Shown piece by piece: positions 38,778-48,676 of a stretch of DNA of 64,000 nucleotides. The position numbers and the translations under genes are program-made. Each line of letters begins with the position of its first letter. Positions within the stretch are counted from its first letter, which is position 1. This DNA comes from a virus: the IMG/VR virus record IMGVR_UViG_3300006224_000008, positions 9,571 through 73,570 of that record; one strand, written 5' to 3'. The notes beneath the pieces are model-generated. The model saw only the letters and a program-made list of their open reading frames with translations. It searched no databases and was not told the origin of the DNA.

Positions 38778-39086
38778 CTAGCGCTTCCTCATGAGCCGTT
38801 CTATCGCGGGGTTCGGGTAGTTCCCGGCAACTTCCTGTTCGGGCGCCACAGCTTCCGAGTCGCCAACTTCCCCTTCTTCCTGCCCGCCTTCGGCTTCGGC
38901 CGTCGGGCCTTCACCGGGGGTTGCACTCAAAACCTCGAATTCGCCGGGGCTAACTTGACGAACGGTGACCTCGGAGAAGGTGTACTTCTTGCCGTCCTCC
39001 CAGTCCTCCACACCGAACTGCGAAGGAACAAGACTCAGCCGGTTATCGGCAGCGCCAGCCTCATTTTCCATTGCCATTCCATCCAT
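38778..39086 (-). CDS. Acidic hypothetical protein
   Basis: 102 aa from ATG 39086. The longer ORF in the track would overlap terL. Confidence 0.65.
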   Translation of the reverse strand: MDGMAMENEAGAADNRLSLVPSQFGVEDWEDGKKYTFSEVTVRQVSPGEFEVLSATPGEGPTAEAEGGQEEGEVGDSEAVAPEQEVAGNYPNPAIERLMRKR

Positions 39087-39179
39087 ACGATTGTCAGGTT
39101 GAATGTTCTTTTCGGCCTGCCGGGGTACCGTTACAGTGCCACGTAAGACTTGTTCGCGTGAAACTTCAAGCGAAATCGT

Positions 39180-40703
39180 ATGCCCGTTGACGCTGAGGGC
39201 AGATGGGCACCCGGGCTTTTCCCAAAGCAGTGGGAGACCATGCGAGCGTGCCAGCCATCCTTCCAAAACCTCATTCTCTTGAGTGGACCTCGGTGGAGTG
39301 GAAAGACCCTTGCAGCGTTGAATACGATAGCCCAGCACGCATGGAACACGGACCGGGGAAACATCGTGGTACTGACCCTTACGCAATCCGTCGGCCTGGA
39401 CTCAGGGGTCTGGATCGATCTGATTGAGACGATTTTACCGGAATGGATCGACGGAAATTTTGGCATGGAGTGGGTCAAAAAGCCCTATGTCCAGAACGTC
39501 ACCAAGAAGCCTGCCTGTTCAGTGCTCAACAAGTTCGGTAACGAGAGCCGCATCCAGTTGGATTCGCTGAAGAACGAAGACGAGGTCGAAGGCCGCTACA
39601 AAGGCAAGCGGTATTCCATGATCTTCATCAACGAACTGTCGAAGTTCAAATCCCGGAACACGTTCGACGCGATGAAACAGTGCCTCCGGATGCTGCATCT
39701 CAGGGAAGAAGACCATCTGCTCCTGTGCGACACGAATCCATCCGATGAGGGAACAGAATCCTGGATCTACGAATTGTGGTACGAGTTCCGGACGGCACGC
39801 GATGTGGATGCGTCGCTCTTGCCCCTGCAAAAGGCCCTGAAGCTGATTGAGTACACCGTTGATGACAATTTCGCGATGTCGCCCGATAAAAAGGCCAGCT
39901 TGATGGCGGATTTCTCACACGATGAGGATCTCCTGGCCCGCTATTTCTATGGGAAGTGGGTAACAGCCTCGGCCGACGCGATCTTTCATCGCGTCTTCAG
40001 ACCGGCTTACCACGTTGTCGGTGAAGAAGAGACCCCAACCAACACGGATCCAGAGATGATGTTTCCGGAGGCGGATTGCATCGAACTTTACACCGGGTGG
40101 GACCCTGGCGGGACAAACTCGGCCGCGGTCATCATGGAGAAATTCTTCCCCAGGCTGCCGGAATACAACGGCTTACCGGCGTTCAAGGTGCTCGATGAGT
40201 TGGCTGTAATCGGGGAAGATGTTGACCTTAAAGAGTTTGTCAACGCAATGCTGCGGAAGATGGATTTTTGGGAGGGAATGGTGGGGAAGCATGTTGGCTG
40301 GAAGCACTGGAGCGACCGCAGTGTGTTCGACATGAAGGATTTGGAATCGCACAAGTACTACGTCCAACTCATTCACGAGATGAGCGACGGCCGGATACGG
40401 CTTGAAGGCGCTGAACGTTCGCCCGGCAGCGTCAGGGCCGGTGTGGATTTGATGCGGAGGTTGCTATGGGAGGATCGTCTGTTCCTAAACCGAGCCCGAT
40501 GCCCGATCTGCATCAACGCCATCAAGAGCGTGAAACGCGGTAAATCGGAGTTGGCAGTGATTCAGAAGGGTAGCCCGCACAAGCACCCTATCGATGCGAT
40601 GCGGTACGTGCTCCAGTCAGAGTGCTATTTTGAACTCAACAAACAGGTCTTCATGAACGTGCGAAAGAAACGTGAAAGCGCGATTGTCTCAGTGCCGTAT
40701 TAA
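39180..40703 (+). CDS. terL: Terminase large subunit
   Basis: Walker A GPRWSGKT, Walker B variant IFINE, coupling motif DTNP, and RNase H-like GWDPG / SD / HPIDAMRY. Confidence 0.92.
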   Translation: MPVDAEGRWAPGLFPKQWETMRACQPSFQNLILLSGPRWSGKTLAALNTIAQHAWNTDRGNIVVLTLTQSVGLDSGVWIDLIETILPEWIDGNFGMEWVKKPYVQNVTKKPACSVLNKFGNESRIQLDSLKNEDEVEGRYKGKRYSMIFINELSKFKSRNTFDAMKQCLRMLHLREEDHLLLCDTNPSDEGTESWIYELWYEFRTARDVDASLLPLQKALKLIEYTVDDNFAMSPDKKASLMADFSHDEDLLARYFYGKWVTASADAIFHRVFRPAYHVVGEEETPTNTDPEMMFPEADCIELYTGWDPGGTNSAAVIMEKFFPRLPEYNGLPAFKVLDELAVIGEDVDLKEFVNAMLRKMDFWEGMVGKHVGWKHWSDRSVFDMKDLESHKYYVQLIHEMSDGRIRLEGAERSPGSVRAGVDLMRRLLWEDRLFLNRARCPICINAIKSVKRGKSELAVIQKGSPHKHPIDAMRYVLQSECYFELNKQVFMNVRKKRESAIVSVPY

Positions 40704-41076
40704 GGTGGCCGAATGGAGCGGCCTGTTCGTCGCGCTGGTCGTGGCGGCGGCGTTCTCGGACGTCACGTCAAACGCGGCCTGGAAACGCATCTGGCGGGCC
40801 TTTACCCTGTGGTTGGACATCTGGCGTACACCAGACCCGACAGTCCCTGCCGATGTACGGGAAGCCCGCCTTGAGGCGTGCCGGGCCTGTCCCGTGTACT
40901 ACGCGAAGCTCCGCACCTGTGGCACGCCGATGGTAAAGGAATTGCGCGACATGGGATGCTGGTGCTTTTTGCCTTCCAAAAGCCGCTATAGTGCGGCAAC
41001 TTGCTGGTTAGAAGACGAACTTGGCGAAGAGGCGCCACACGGATGGAAGAAGATACTACAGCACAGCCAGAAGTGA
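40672..41076 (+). CDS. Cys-rich Zn-binding hypothetical protein
   Basis: RLEACRACP..CG..GCWC..K..CW..GW pattern. Confidence 0.6.
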   Translation: MKARLSQCRIKVAEWSGLFVALVVAAAFSDVTSNAAWKRIWRAFTLWLDIWRTPDPTVPADVREARLEACRACPVYYAKLRTCGTPMVKELRDMGCWCFLPSKSRYSAATCWLEDELGEEAPHGWKKILQHSQK

Positions 41077-41708
41077 CTGCCCCGGTTCCAGGCGAGCCCG
41101 ATGCGCCGGAAGAGTTCGTGGGCAAACCAATCCCGCTTGCGAAACGGGTTCAGCAACTGGAAGCAAAATATCGGGCATCAACGCAAGGTCCGCCGATCAC
41201 ATTCGGCGATGTTGACATCCTCGACGCGTCTGCCACCGACCCCGTGGAGGCACCGAGCCGCATCGTTACCCGGGCCATTAAGACTCTCGGTTTGCGAAAA
41301 GAAGGCTGGAGCTTGGCAAAGCTGCGAGCGGCCCAGGAATTCGGGCGATTCCTGAACATGAGAATCACCGGCCGCATCCTGCTGGTGCGGAGTTTCAACT
41401 GCATCGAACAAGTTGAAAAGGCGATGGAAGTTGTCGGCAAGATTGCGGAGGACGAGAAGGTACCCGCTGAAGATCGCGTCTCGGCTGTCGGCATGATGGC
41501 CAAAGCGGCCGAAGCTTACGCGAAGCTGTCCGATCAGATGATGACGCTGGCGGAGAAGACGGCGCCGAAGATTTCGACGGAAAAGCCTCGGAATTTACCG
41601 CCGACGCTCGCCGTCCAGGTGAATGTCGCGGGACCCCAGACGACACCGGGGTCACCAGCCACTTCTGGCGGTGAGGTCCAGGTTACCGCTTCGCCAGAAG
41701 GGAGTTGA
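41043..41708 (+). CDS. Putative terminase small subunit
   Basis: Helical core ending in a beta strand (LAVQVNV) as in many TerS proteins. Close to terL. Confidence 0.45.
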   Translation: MEEDTTAQPEVTAPVPGEPDAPEEFVGKPIPLAKRVQQLEAKYRASTQGPPITFGDVDILDASATDPVEAPSRIVTRAIKTLGLRKEGWSLAKLRAAQEFGRFLNMRITGRILLVRSFNCIEQVEKAMEVVGKIAEDEKVPAEDRVSAVGMMAKAAEAYAKLSDQMMTLAEKTAPKISTEKPRNLPPTLAVQVNVAGPQTTPGSPATSGGEVQVTASPEGS

Positions 41709-41755
41709 CGTGTTTGCTCTCAGTGCGGCTTCGTTCGCGTGCTACGCTTGCGACC

Positions 41756-41935
41756 GTGAGCGGACGTTACTGGATCAAATCGGCAATCAAACACCCGGGC
41801 GCCCTGCGAGCGTCGATGCACGTCAAGAAAGGCAAGCGCATCCCCGGGGACCGGCTACGGGCGGCAGCGCGCAAAGGCGGAGTGACTGGGCGCCGAGCGC
41901 GTTTGGCATTGACTTTGCGCGGGTTCCGCCACTGA
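41756..41935 (+). CDS. Small basic phage protein
   Basis: WIKSAIKHPGAL..IP..RRARLALTL resembles a widespread phage family as I recall it. GTG start. Confidence 0.7.
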   Translation: MSGRYWIKSAIKHPGALRASMHVKKGKRIPGDRLRAAARKGGVTGRRARLALTLRGFRH

Positions 41936-41954
41936 TTCAAAGAAAGGCCACGAT

Positions 41955-42248
41955 ATGTTAATTGGCAAGGCATCACCTATCGCAACCAGCGTCGGCCAAC
42001 TGGGCGCCGACTTCATCAACGACATCGCCGCCCACGAAGGGTCCTGGGGTGTCATCTATTGTATTACCACGTGCAGTTTCACGGTATTGACGGCTGGTAA
42101 CCGCCTGAGCCCGACGGGCGTTGATACGGGAGTGCCCATGATGAGTGGCACCCTCAATGGGATCACGATGCTGCCGGGCATGAGCATCTACGGATACTTT
42201 ACGGCGATCACTTTGGCGAGTGGGTCGGTTGTCGCTTACGTGGTATGA
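41955..42248 (+). CDS. Small beta-rich virion (decoration-like) protein
   Basis: SD AGAAAGG. C-terminal GYFTAITLASGSVVAY. Confidence 0.65.
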   Translation: MLIGKASPIATSVGQLGADFINDIAAHEGSWGVIYCITTCSFTVLTAGNRLSPTGVDTGVPMMSGTLNGITMLPGMSIYGYFTAITLASGSVVAYVV

Positions 42249-43963
42249 GGATTGCCCTCGGCTACGCGCTGGATTTGATCCACCTGGAGAATCCCAGGTC
42301 TGGCGAGGCAGACGTCACCACCATGAGTCTGGAGGGCGGATGCTCCACTTGTGCGGATGAGCCGTACGAGAGCGTTGTTAATGTGACCGGAACGGCACCA
42401 CCCTACATGGTCATCTGGGAGGCAGGAGTGATGCCGCCTGGGTTGACCTTGTCTGGGAACGTCATCAGTGGAACGCCGACGACCCCAGGGCGTTACGCGC
42501 CGGTTTTCCGGGTTATTGATGCGACTGGCGCCTACCTTCTGATTCCTTTCTACATCAACGTCGTTGGCATCACGACAGAAGCGCTCGACCCATTTGTCGT
42601 TGGAACGCCGTATTCGTTCCAAATGGAAGCCGAAGGGGGAATGGGAACCTACGCATGGACGATGCCGGGCGGAACACTGCCTCTTGGGCTGTCAATGAGT
42701 GAAAGCGGACTCATTAGCGGAACGCCCAGCGAAGGCGGTGAAAGAGAACTCACCTTTCGAGTGACTGACACCGCATGCGGAGCTGTTATTCCAGAAGGCA
42801 ACCCGCGGGCGGAAAGCCTCACGTGCGTTTCGACCACGCGCCTCGCCACGCGACATGGTCTTCCCGGGTTCTTAGACACGAACCGGCTGTTTCGCGAGGT
42901 CACGTACGAGGGGACGGCCGAACAGCGCCTTTTCGTGCGATTCCCCGACAGTGACGCCTACTATTACTGGAAGCCAGATTGGCCACCGCTGACACGCTGG
43001 TACGAAGGCCGCGACATTCCGACGTACGCCACCGATAATTTCTGCACGGCTGTCCGATGCGCCCAAGCAAAGTACATCTGGTCAGGCACGACCATCATTG
43101 ATGACGACGGCAACGTCACCCAGATGCATGCGAAGAACCTGTACGGTTTGTGTCCGAGCGACCTGAATGACCCAGCCTTCTACACGTACCAAGGCTATTG
43201 GAACGATGAGGGGGAACCGGTATTCATGCTCAGCAATTACAGTCTGATTGGGTACTGCTGGGAGCTGGACCCACTCAGTTGCACGCCTTGCATGGACGAC
43301 AACGGCGGCAATCCGGCGCTGAATCTGATTCGAGACGAGGCGGTGGTGACGAACCTTGATTGGCCATCCAAGTTCGTGCCGTGGGGCCTGCAATCCGTGG
43401 CCACAACGGACACAACGCAGCACATCACTGGAACACCCGACCCGCTTGAGGAGCCATGGTCCGCCTATCGGAGACTCTACGACGCCGTCACCCATGAATT
43501 GATACGCGACACTCAACTGCCCAGGTCACCTTACCTATGGTATGACTGGGACGACCTTGCCTTGGCGGTAATTGAAGTAGCTGGAGAACAGGATTTCACG
43601 GTGACGTTGGCCAATGAGTACACCTACGCTCAGGCACTCGCCAACGCGGTCGAGTTCGTATCGAACAGCGACACGGCTGTTACGCTCACGGACAATCTTA
43701 CCTGGGGGGCTGCGGCGAACGGGTTAAAGCACGTACAAAGCCGCTATACCAGTGTCGATTTCACAATTCACGTCATCGACTTATTGGTTGGTTTTGATTA
43801 CATCGTGAGTTACGACCTGCTTGACACGCTTACATCTGTGACGACGGTCGTGGACGTTCCGCTGACGGCGACTGACACAGAGATGGACGTACTCGGGAGC
43901 GTTCCTACTCCGGCTGAGGGCCATTCAATCAAAGTCCGCAACGCACGAGTCCGATTTGCGTAG
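42245..43963 (+). CDS. Virion protein with tandem putative-Ig (He_PIG-like) domains
   Basis: MPPGLTLSGNVISGTPT and LPLGLSMSESGLISGTP repeats. Confidence 0.75.
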   Translation: MRIALGYALDLIHLENPRSGEADVTTMSLEGGCSTCADEPYESVVNVTGTAPPYMVIWEAGVMPPGLTLSGNVISGTPTTPGRYAPVFRVIDATGAYLLIPFYINVVGITTEALDPFVVGTPYSFQMEAEGGMGTYAWTMPGGTLPLGLSMSESGLISGTPSEGGERELTFRVTDTACGAVIPEGNPRAESLTCVSTTRLATRHGLPGFLDTNRLFREVTYEGTAEQRLFVRFPDSDAYYYWKPDWPPLTRWYEGRDIPTYATDNFCTAVRCAQAKYIWSGTTIIDDDGNVTQMHAKNLYGLCPSDLNDPAFYTYQGYWNDEGEPVFMLSNYSLIGYCWELDPLSCTPCMDDNGGNPALNLIRDEAVVTNLDWPSKFVPWGLQSVATTDTTQHITGTPDPLEEPWSAYRRLYDAVTHELIRDTQLPRSPYLWYDWDDLALAVIEVAGEQDFTVTLANEYTYAQALANAVEFVSNSDTAVTLTDNLTWGAAANGLKHVQSRYTSVDFTIHVIDLLVGFDYIVSYDLLDTLTSVTTVVDVPLTATDTEMDVLGSVPTPAEGHSIKVRNARVRFA

Positions 43964-43968
43964 AACCT

Positions 43969-44970
43969 ATGGGCTGCCAAAAGACATTTACTCTCACACA
44001 GGGCGAGGCCGTGGGTTTCACTCCTCTCCATACGGCGGTTTACGTGGCGTCCAGCGATAAGATCCTGGGAACATCAATGGATCACATCATCGAGTTCAAC
44101 GCCAGCACCGGCGCGTACATCCGTGACGTCCAGACCCCGTGGCCAATGGTTGGATCTATGCATCTTGGGCTAGTTGACGCGCTGCCTTACGCCGCCGGAC
44201 ACAACAACCCTGCGGCACGCGATCCTGAAGATAGTAATTATCACGAGGGGTACGACATTTACCCCATAGACCCAACGACGCTGGACTTAGGAGCTGGATT
44301 GGAGGTCTACAAAACGAACCTTGGCGGATACCCAATGCTCAACCAGAACGGGCCGTACCAGTTCATCCAGGTGGCCAACAAAGTGTTCTATGTGCTGCCC
44401 GGAGATGGCGAGGGCGTCAACATTGTTTGGGTCAAGAAAACCGGGTTTGGCGCTGGAGTTTATGGGACAGACTGGAGATACGCGTCGGCAACCAGTGGAA
44501 TATGGGTGGAACAGATTTCCTCGGATGGCACTTCCATTTTCGTCGCCGATAATTACTATCCTCGCGTTAGAAGTAGAAACCTCACAACTATGGCTTCGAC
44601 TGGTTACGGGGCTGCCACTTACTTTTCCTCTTCGACTGAATATGCGGCGAACGCAGCCAAGGTTTTCGCGGTTGGAGACAGCAAATGGCTGGAGCGCATC
44701 GACGACTTTGCTGCCCACACATCCACAGGCTTCGATTTGGACGCGTTGGTTTCTCAGACCGGTCTAAAGCCGATTCGGTTGCGCTATCGTTCTTCCGACG
44801 GCAAACTCTATATTCCCTGCCAGAATAAGGATGGCATCGTGGTGTTTGATCCAATCGCTGAGACTGCGGTCTGGAAAAGCGGATTTGACTCTCCCGTTGA
44901 TATTGTGTTTACCGCGTCGAAGGCGTTTGCAGTTCAATCCAGCCTTGTTGGGCTGAAGGAGATCGTCTAA
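43969..44970 (+). CDS. Beta-propeller-like protein, paralog A
   Basis: DGKLYIPCQ and GFDSPVDIVF. Similar to the next gene. Confidence 0.65.
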   Translation: MGCQKTFTLTQGEAVGFTPLHTAVYVASSDKILGTSMDHIIEFNASTGAYIRDVQTPWPMVGSMHLGLVDALPYAAGHNNPAARDPEDSNYHEGYDIYPIDPTTLDLGAGLEVYKTNLGGYPMLNQNGPYQFIQVANKVFYVLPGDGEGVNIVWVKKTGFGAGVYGTDWRYASATSGIWVEQISSDGTSIFVADNYYPRVRSRNLTTMASTGYGAATYFSSSTEYAANAAKVFAVGDSKWLERIDDFAAHTSTGFDLDALVSQTGLKPIRLRYRSSDGKLYIPCQNKDGIVVFDPIAETAVWKSGFDSPVDIVFTASKAFAVQSSLVGLKEIV

Positions 44971-45968
44971 TGGGAATGAATCAAGCATGTTACCTGCCCG
45001 ACCCCATCGATAAGATCTTTGGCACCATCGAAAATTACATCGTCCGATTCAACGCGACGACTGGAGCCAAGGAAGCCCACGGCAAGATTGCTGCTCCCCT
45101 TTACGGTCCTTGCACCTGTTGTGCTGGCAATGGAGTTGTCTACGTTGGATTGATCCACGATTACTCTTGGTGCAGCGATTACGATCCCGGAGTAGCGAAC
45201 AAGTTCATCTGGACCGTAGACCCAGATACGCTTGTGGCCACAGACGCTTTCGCTCTGAATGCGTTCTTTGAGGATTATTGGAGTACCGCTTCGGACGGTT
45301 ATGCGCATGAGGGAGTTGGTCACATGAAGGTCTACGGTGATTATCTCTACTTCGAGGGCGCACGGGGGGGCGGCAGCACTCCTGGTCGAGTGAAGTTGAC
45401 AGACCCAACGGATAATACCCTTGACGACTTTGGAGACCCCTGGGGTGATTCCGGATTTCGTCCAGAATCAGTTGAAGTTGCCAACTTTGATGGCAACGAC
45501 AATATGTTCCACATAGATATGGGTGGCCAAGCCTTCGATTCTAGGATTATCACACCCGGCCCACTTGACCCCACTGTTTCTCCATGGGACCTTTCCATTA
45601 CCGACTACGAGGTTACTCCTGATTTTCCCGCCGCTTTAGTATTCAATCCCACGGACACATCAGTTTACATCGTGTGCGGCAATGGAAATCTCCACAAGCG
45701 CGATGCCATAACAGGGGGCGCCATTGACGTGTTCAACTTGGAGATTGTTTACGCTGATGTGAAACCATTCCGTATCACACTGAGTCCGCTTGACGGAAAG
45801 CTCTACATTCCTTGCCAGCACAAAAATGCAGTTATCGTCTGGAATCCTTCCACGGATACTGGAGTCGCTGTCGAGGGATTCAACTCGCCCATCGACATCG
45901 TATTTACCGACGCGAAGGCGTTTGCTGTGCAGTCCGGAGTTACCCCGTTGAAGGAAATCGAACTATGA
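44970..45968 (+). CDS. Beta-propeller-like protein, paralog B
   Basis: DGKLYIPCQ and GFNSPIDIVF. Confidence 0.65.
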   Translation: MGMNQACYLPDPIDKIFGTIENYIVRFNATTGAKEAHGKIAAPLYGPCTCCAGNGVVYVGLIHDYSWCSDYDPGVANKFIWTVDPDTLVATDAFALNAFFEDYWSTASDGYAHEGVGHMKVYGDYLYFEGARGGGSTPGRVKLTDPTDNTLDDFGDPWGDSGFRPESVEVANFDGNDNMFHIDMGGQAFDSRIITPGPLDPTVSPWDLSITDYEVTPDFPAALVFNPTDTSVYIVCGNGNLHKRDAITGGAIDVFNLEIVYADVKPFRITLSPLDGKLYIPCQHKNAVIVWNPSTDTGVAVEGFNSPIDIVFTDAKAFAVQSGVTPLKEIEL

Positions 45969-46159
45969 GGCATATCACTCACGAAGATAGCGTGGTCCTG
46001 GACGGTATCCTGGATGAATTGCACCAGGAATTTCGCAAAGATAAACTTTACCTTAAATCTCTGTTCTTCGGACTGGCGCATCAATCTGACGCCGAGACCA
46101 AAACCAGGATGGATGCCCTGGTTGAGAAACATCGCAAACTGAACTCAAAGCCGAAATAA
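45965..46159 (+). CDS. Hypothetical protein
   Basis: 64 aa, ATGA overlap with the upstream stop. Confidence 0.55.
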   Translation: MRHITHEDSVVLDGILDELHQEFRKDKLYLKSLFFGLAHQSDAETKTRMDALVEKHRKLNSKPK

Positions 46160-46168
46160 GAAAACGTC

Positions 46169-46540
46169 ATGAAAACAATAAAAAAACTACTCGCAATCGC
46201 AGTCCTCGCGGTCGTCTGCCTTGTGGCATTCTCGGTGAATGCCGCTGGCACAGTGCCAATCACAGTCGGCTGGTCGTGCGCGCAAGCCGACGGTCCGACG
46301 AATTACGTGTTCAAGGTGTACACGAGCCCTGACGCAACGCCGCCCGGCACTGTCCTCACGACCGTAACCGGAGTCACGAATGCCACCTTGACCGTCAATC
46401 GACCCTCGGATCAGTACCTCTACGTGACGGTCACTGACCCGCGCAGCAATCCCACGAACTACATCGCGGAAAGCGAACCGTCGAATATCATCAGGGTCCG
46501 CGTGCTCGGCAACGGGCAACTCAAAGTGACTTCGCCGTGA
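46169..46540 (+). CDS. Secreted FN3-like protein
   Basis: Signal peptide ending VNA, and an ESEPSN C-terminal strand. Confidence 0.7.
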   Translation: MKTIKKLLAIAVLAVVCLVAFSVNAAGTVPITVGWSCAQADGPTNYVFKVYTSPDATPPGTVLTTVTGVTNATLTVNRPSDQYLYVTVTDPRSNPTNYIAESEPSNIIRVRVLGNGQLKVTSP

Positions 46541-47370
46541 CCCGATGGCTGACATTACCCTTCGCGCTAATCGCGTTTGCCGTTGTCGCCCAGCAGGGCA
46601 CCAATAGCGTGACGTTGGCATGGGACCCGTCGCCTGGACCGGACATTGCGGGATACAGTATCTATTACGGAACAGCGAGTGGCTCTTACGGAGCGGGCAA
46701 GGTCACAGTTGGCAACGTCACGAATGCTGTGGTTACCGGGCTAACAAATGGCGTCACGTACTACTTCGTCGCCACTGCAACTGACACTTCCGGTCTCGAA
46801 TCTGATCTGTCCAATGAAGTCAGCTACACAGTGCCCGGTGAACCGCCGCCACCTGTGCCTTGCACGCAGACGAATTGGATTACGAGTTTCATCCCGGGGA
46901 CGCTCCGCACGAATTACAGCGGCTGGGTTGGATTGAAGTTCCGGGTTGGCGCAAGGCCGTTGGACGTGCGTGGCCTTGGTAGGGTCCACATTGATGGGAA
47001 CACGAATCCACATACGCTCCGGCTCGTGCGAGTCTCGGATGGAGTAATCATCGCTGATGCCGCCTGGGTGCCTGCCGGAGAAACGAATCAGATTTCCTAC
47101 GCCCAGGTGGATTCCGTCATTCTCCAGCCGAACACGGAATACATTCTAGCCTCGCAGGAAGTCACCGGGGGCGATGCGTGGTACAGCTATGAGACGGCAA
47201 TTACCACGACTGACAAAGCCGCTGCCGTCTCACCAGTTTATAGCAACACGGGGACCGCTTGGGTGAACTACGGCACTCCGGGGAACTTTACTTACGGCCC
47301 AGTCGGTCTACTCTATTGCCTTTCGGGTGCGCCGCCAGGACCACGCAATTTGCGGGTGCTGACGCAATGA
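46537..47370 (+). CDS. Secreted FN3-domain protein with a second beta-sandwich domain
   Basis: Signal peptide, then SVTLAWDPS..GYSIYYG..YYFVATA..ESDLSNEV. Confidence 0.8.
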   Translation: MTRWLTLPFALIAFAVVAQQGTNSVTLAWDPSPGPDIAGYSIYYGTASGSYGAGKVTVGNVTNAVVTGLTNGVTYYFVATATDTSGLESDLSNEVSYTVPGEPPPPVPCTQTNWITSFIPGTLRTNYSGWVGLKFRVGARPLDVRGLGRVHIDGNTNPHTLRLVRVSDGVIIADAAWVPAGETNQISYAQVDSVILQPNTEYILASQEVTGGDAWYSYETAITTTDKAAAVSPVYSNTGTAWVNYGTPGNFTYGPVGLLYCLSGAPPGPRNLRVLTQ

Positions 47371-47735
47371 AATCAGAACCGGACAATTGCATGAATGATG
47401 TAACCCTGAAGGAATACGTTGAATCAGTGGTGGGCCAAGAGCGCGAATTGCGCTTGCTTCAGTTCAAAGATACTGAAAGAGCACTCGATCTGGCGCGGCG
47501 TACTATGGAATCGCGCTTGGACTCAATGAATGAGTTGCGGGCTCAAATAAATTCTGAGAGAGGCATGTTTCCCAGCCGCGACCTGTGTGACCGAATGATG
47601 AACACGATGGAAGCACGAGTGCGTGCGTTGGAAAACTTCAAATCCAACATCGAGGGGCGCATCTTGGTTATTGGCGGCTCGTTGTTGCTGCTGCAAATCA
47701 TCATTGCCGCCGCCACTCTCTTGCTAAAGAAGTAG
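47367..47735 (+). CDS. Coiled-coil protein with a C-terminal TM helix (lysis-associated)
   Basis: 122 aa with a hydrophobic C-terminus. Confidence 0.6.
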   Translation: MKSEPDNCMNDVTLKEYVESVVGQERELRLLQFKDTERALDLARRTMESRLDSMNELRAQINSERGMFPSRDLCDRMMNTMEARVRALENFKSNIEGRILVIGGSLLLLQIIIAAATLLLKK

Positions 47736-47755
47736 AACTAAGTGAAAGGAATCAA

Positions 47756-48004
47756 ATGAAAAAGTCGCTTGTGGACATGATAAGCTCAGCGGATGGCAGC
47801 ATCAGCCTTATGCGCGTGTGCACTCTGCTCGTGGTACTGGCGGTCCTGTTCAACTGGTGCTGGCTCACTGTCAAAACCGGTGTGAAACAACCGCTGGATT
47901 GGGATGAAGTCGTAATGGTCATCGGCGCTCTCACAGCCAAGGCGATCCAACGCCCCTTCGAAACCAAGCCAACCGCACCGGTGGTTACCGGAACAACGCC
48001 GTGA
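47756..48004 (+). CDS. Putative holin
   Basis: 82 aa with two TM segments and an SLMR motif. SD GAAAGGA. Confidence 0.6.
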   Translation: MKKSLVDMISSADGSISLMRVCTLLVVLAVLFNWCWLTVKTGVKQPLDWDEVVMVIGALTAKAIQRPFETKPTAPVVTGTTP

Positions 48005-48312
48005 AAACGCTATTCTCACTTCTGGTAGCGTTCGCCCTCTGTGGGTGCGCTCGCTTCAGCACGAAACAAACGGACGTCAGCTATGACAACGGCAATACGA
48101 ACAACCCGTCTCGGGAGATTACCACGAAAGCAGCGGCTTGGACGTTCTTCTCGGGCAAGTCGGCCCTCACGAACTGGAAGGCAACCCAGACCGACAAGAC
48201 CCAAGGCGCAACCGTAGGGTCGCTTGTACAGGAGGGCGGGCAGACGAATCAGGTGTCGGACATTGTGGCTGCTGCGGTCGGCGCTGCCGTCAAGGCGACG
48301 ATGAAGCCGTAG
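48001..48312 (+). CDS. Lipoprotein (spanin-like)
   Basis: Lipobox LCGC after a hydrophobic signal sequence. Follows the holin. Confidence 0.6.
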   Translation: MKTLFSLLVAFALCGCARFSTKQTDVSYDNGNTNNPSREITTKAAAWTFFSGKSALTNWKATQTDKTQGATVGSLVQEGGQTNQVSDIVAAAVGAAVKATMKP

Positions 48313-48676
48313 GATGCGCGAGGGCGAGGTACTCGGTCTTGCTGCGGATGCAGTGGACTGTGTGGCCCTTCAATTCGAGCTGGATTGAGAATCCAAGTTG
48401 AGCCGGGCGCAGCTTCCCGGTGCGCGACTTGCATTCAATCACGAGGACCCGGCCGCGGTCCGCAAAAATAATGAAGTCTGCGGCGCCCTCGTTGATCGTG
48501 GATTTCTTGTCCATCCTGGAATGGATATACCCCCAGCCGTTAGCGCGGCAATCGGCCATGATGAACTCGTGCAGGTCGCTTTCCTCTTCAACACCATCAT
48601 CTGGAATGTTCTCAGGCCGGGCGTTGCCCTTTAAGCGGGCAAGCATCCTCAGGTATTCTGCTTCGGTGATGATCAT
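48290..48676 (-). CDS. VRR-NUC domain nuclease
   Basis: ESDLH..GAADF..IECKSRTGKL..Q. Start trimmed to 48676. Confidence 0.85.
   Translation of the reverse strand: MIITEAEYLRMLARLKGNARPENIPDDGVEEESDLHEFIMADCRANGWGYIHSRMDKKSTINEGAADFIIFADRGRVLVIECKSRTGKLRPAQLGFSIQLELKGHTVHCIRSKTEYLALAHPTASSSP

Noticed and set aside
39620-39640. Inactive terminase because Walker B reads INE instead of DE
   Set aside because: NE variants occur in other terminases and all other motifs are intact.
43969-45968. Diversity-generating retroelement
   Set aside because: No reverse transcriptase, and no near-identical TR/VR pair with adenine-specific differences.
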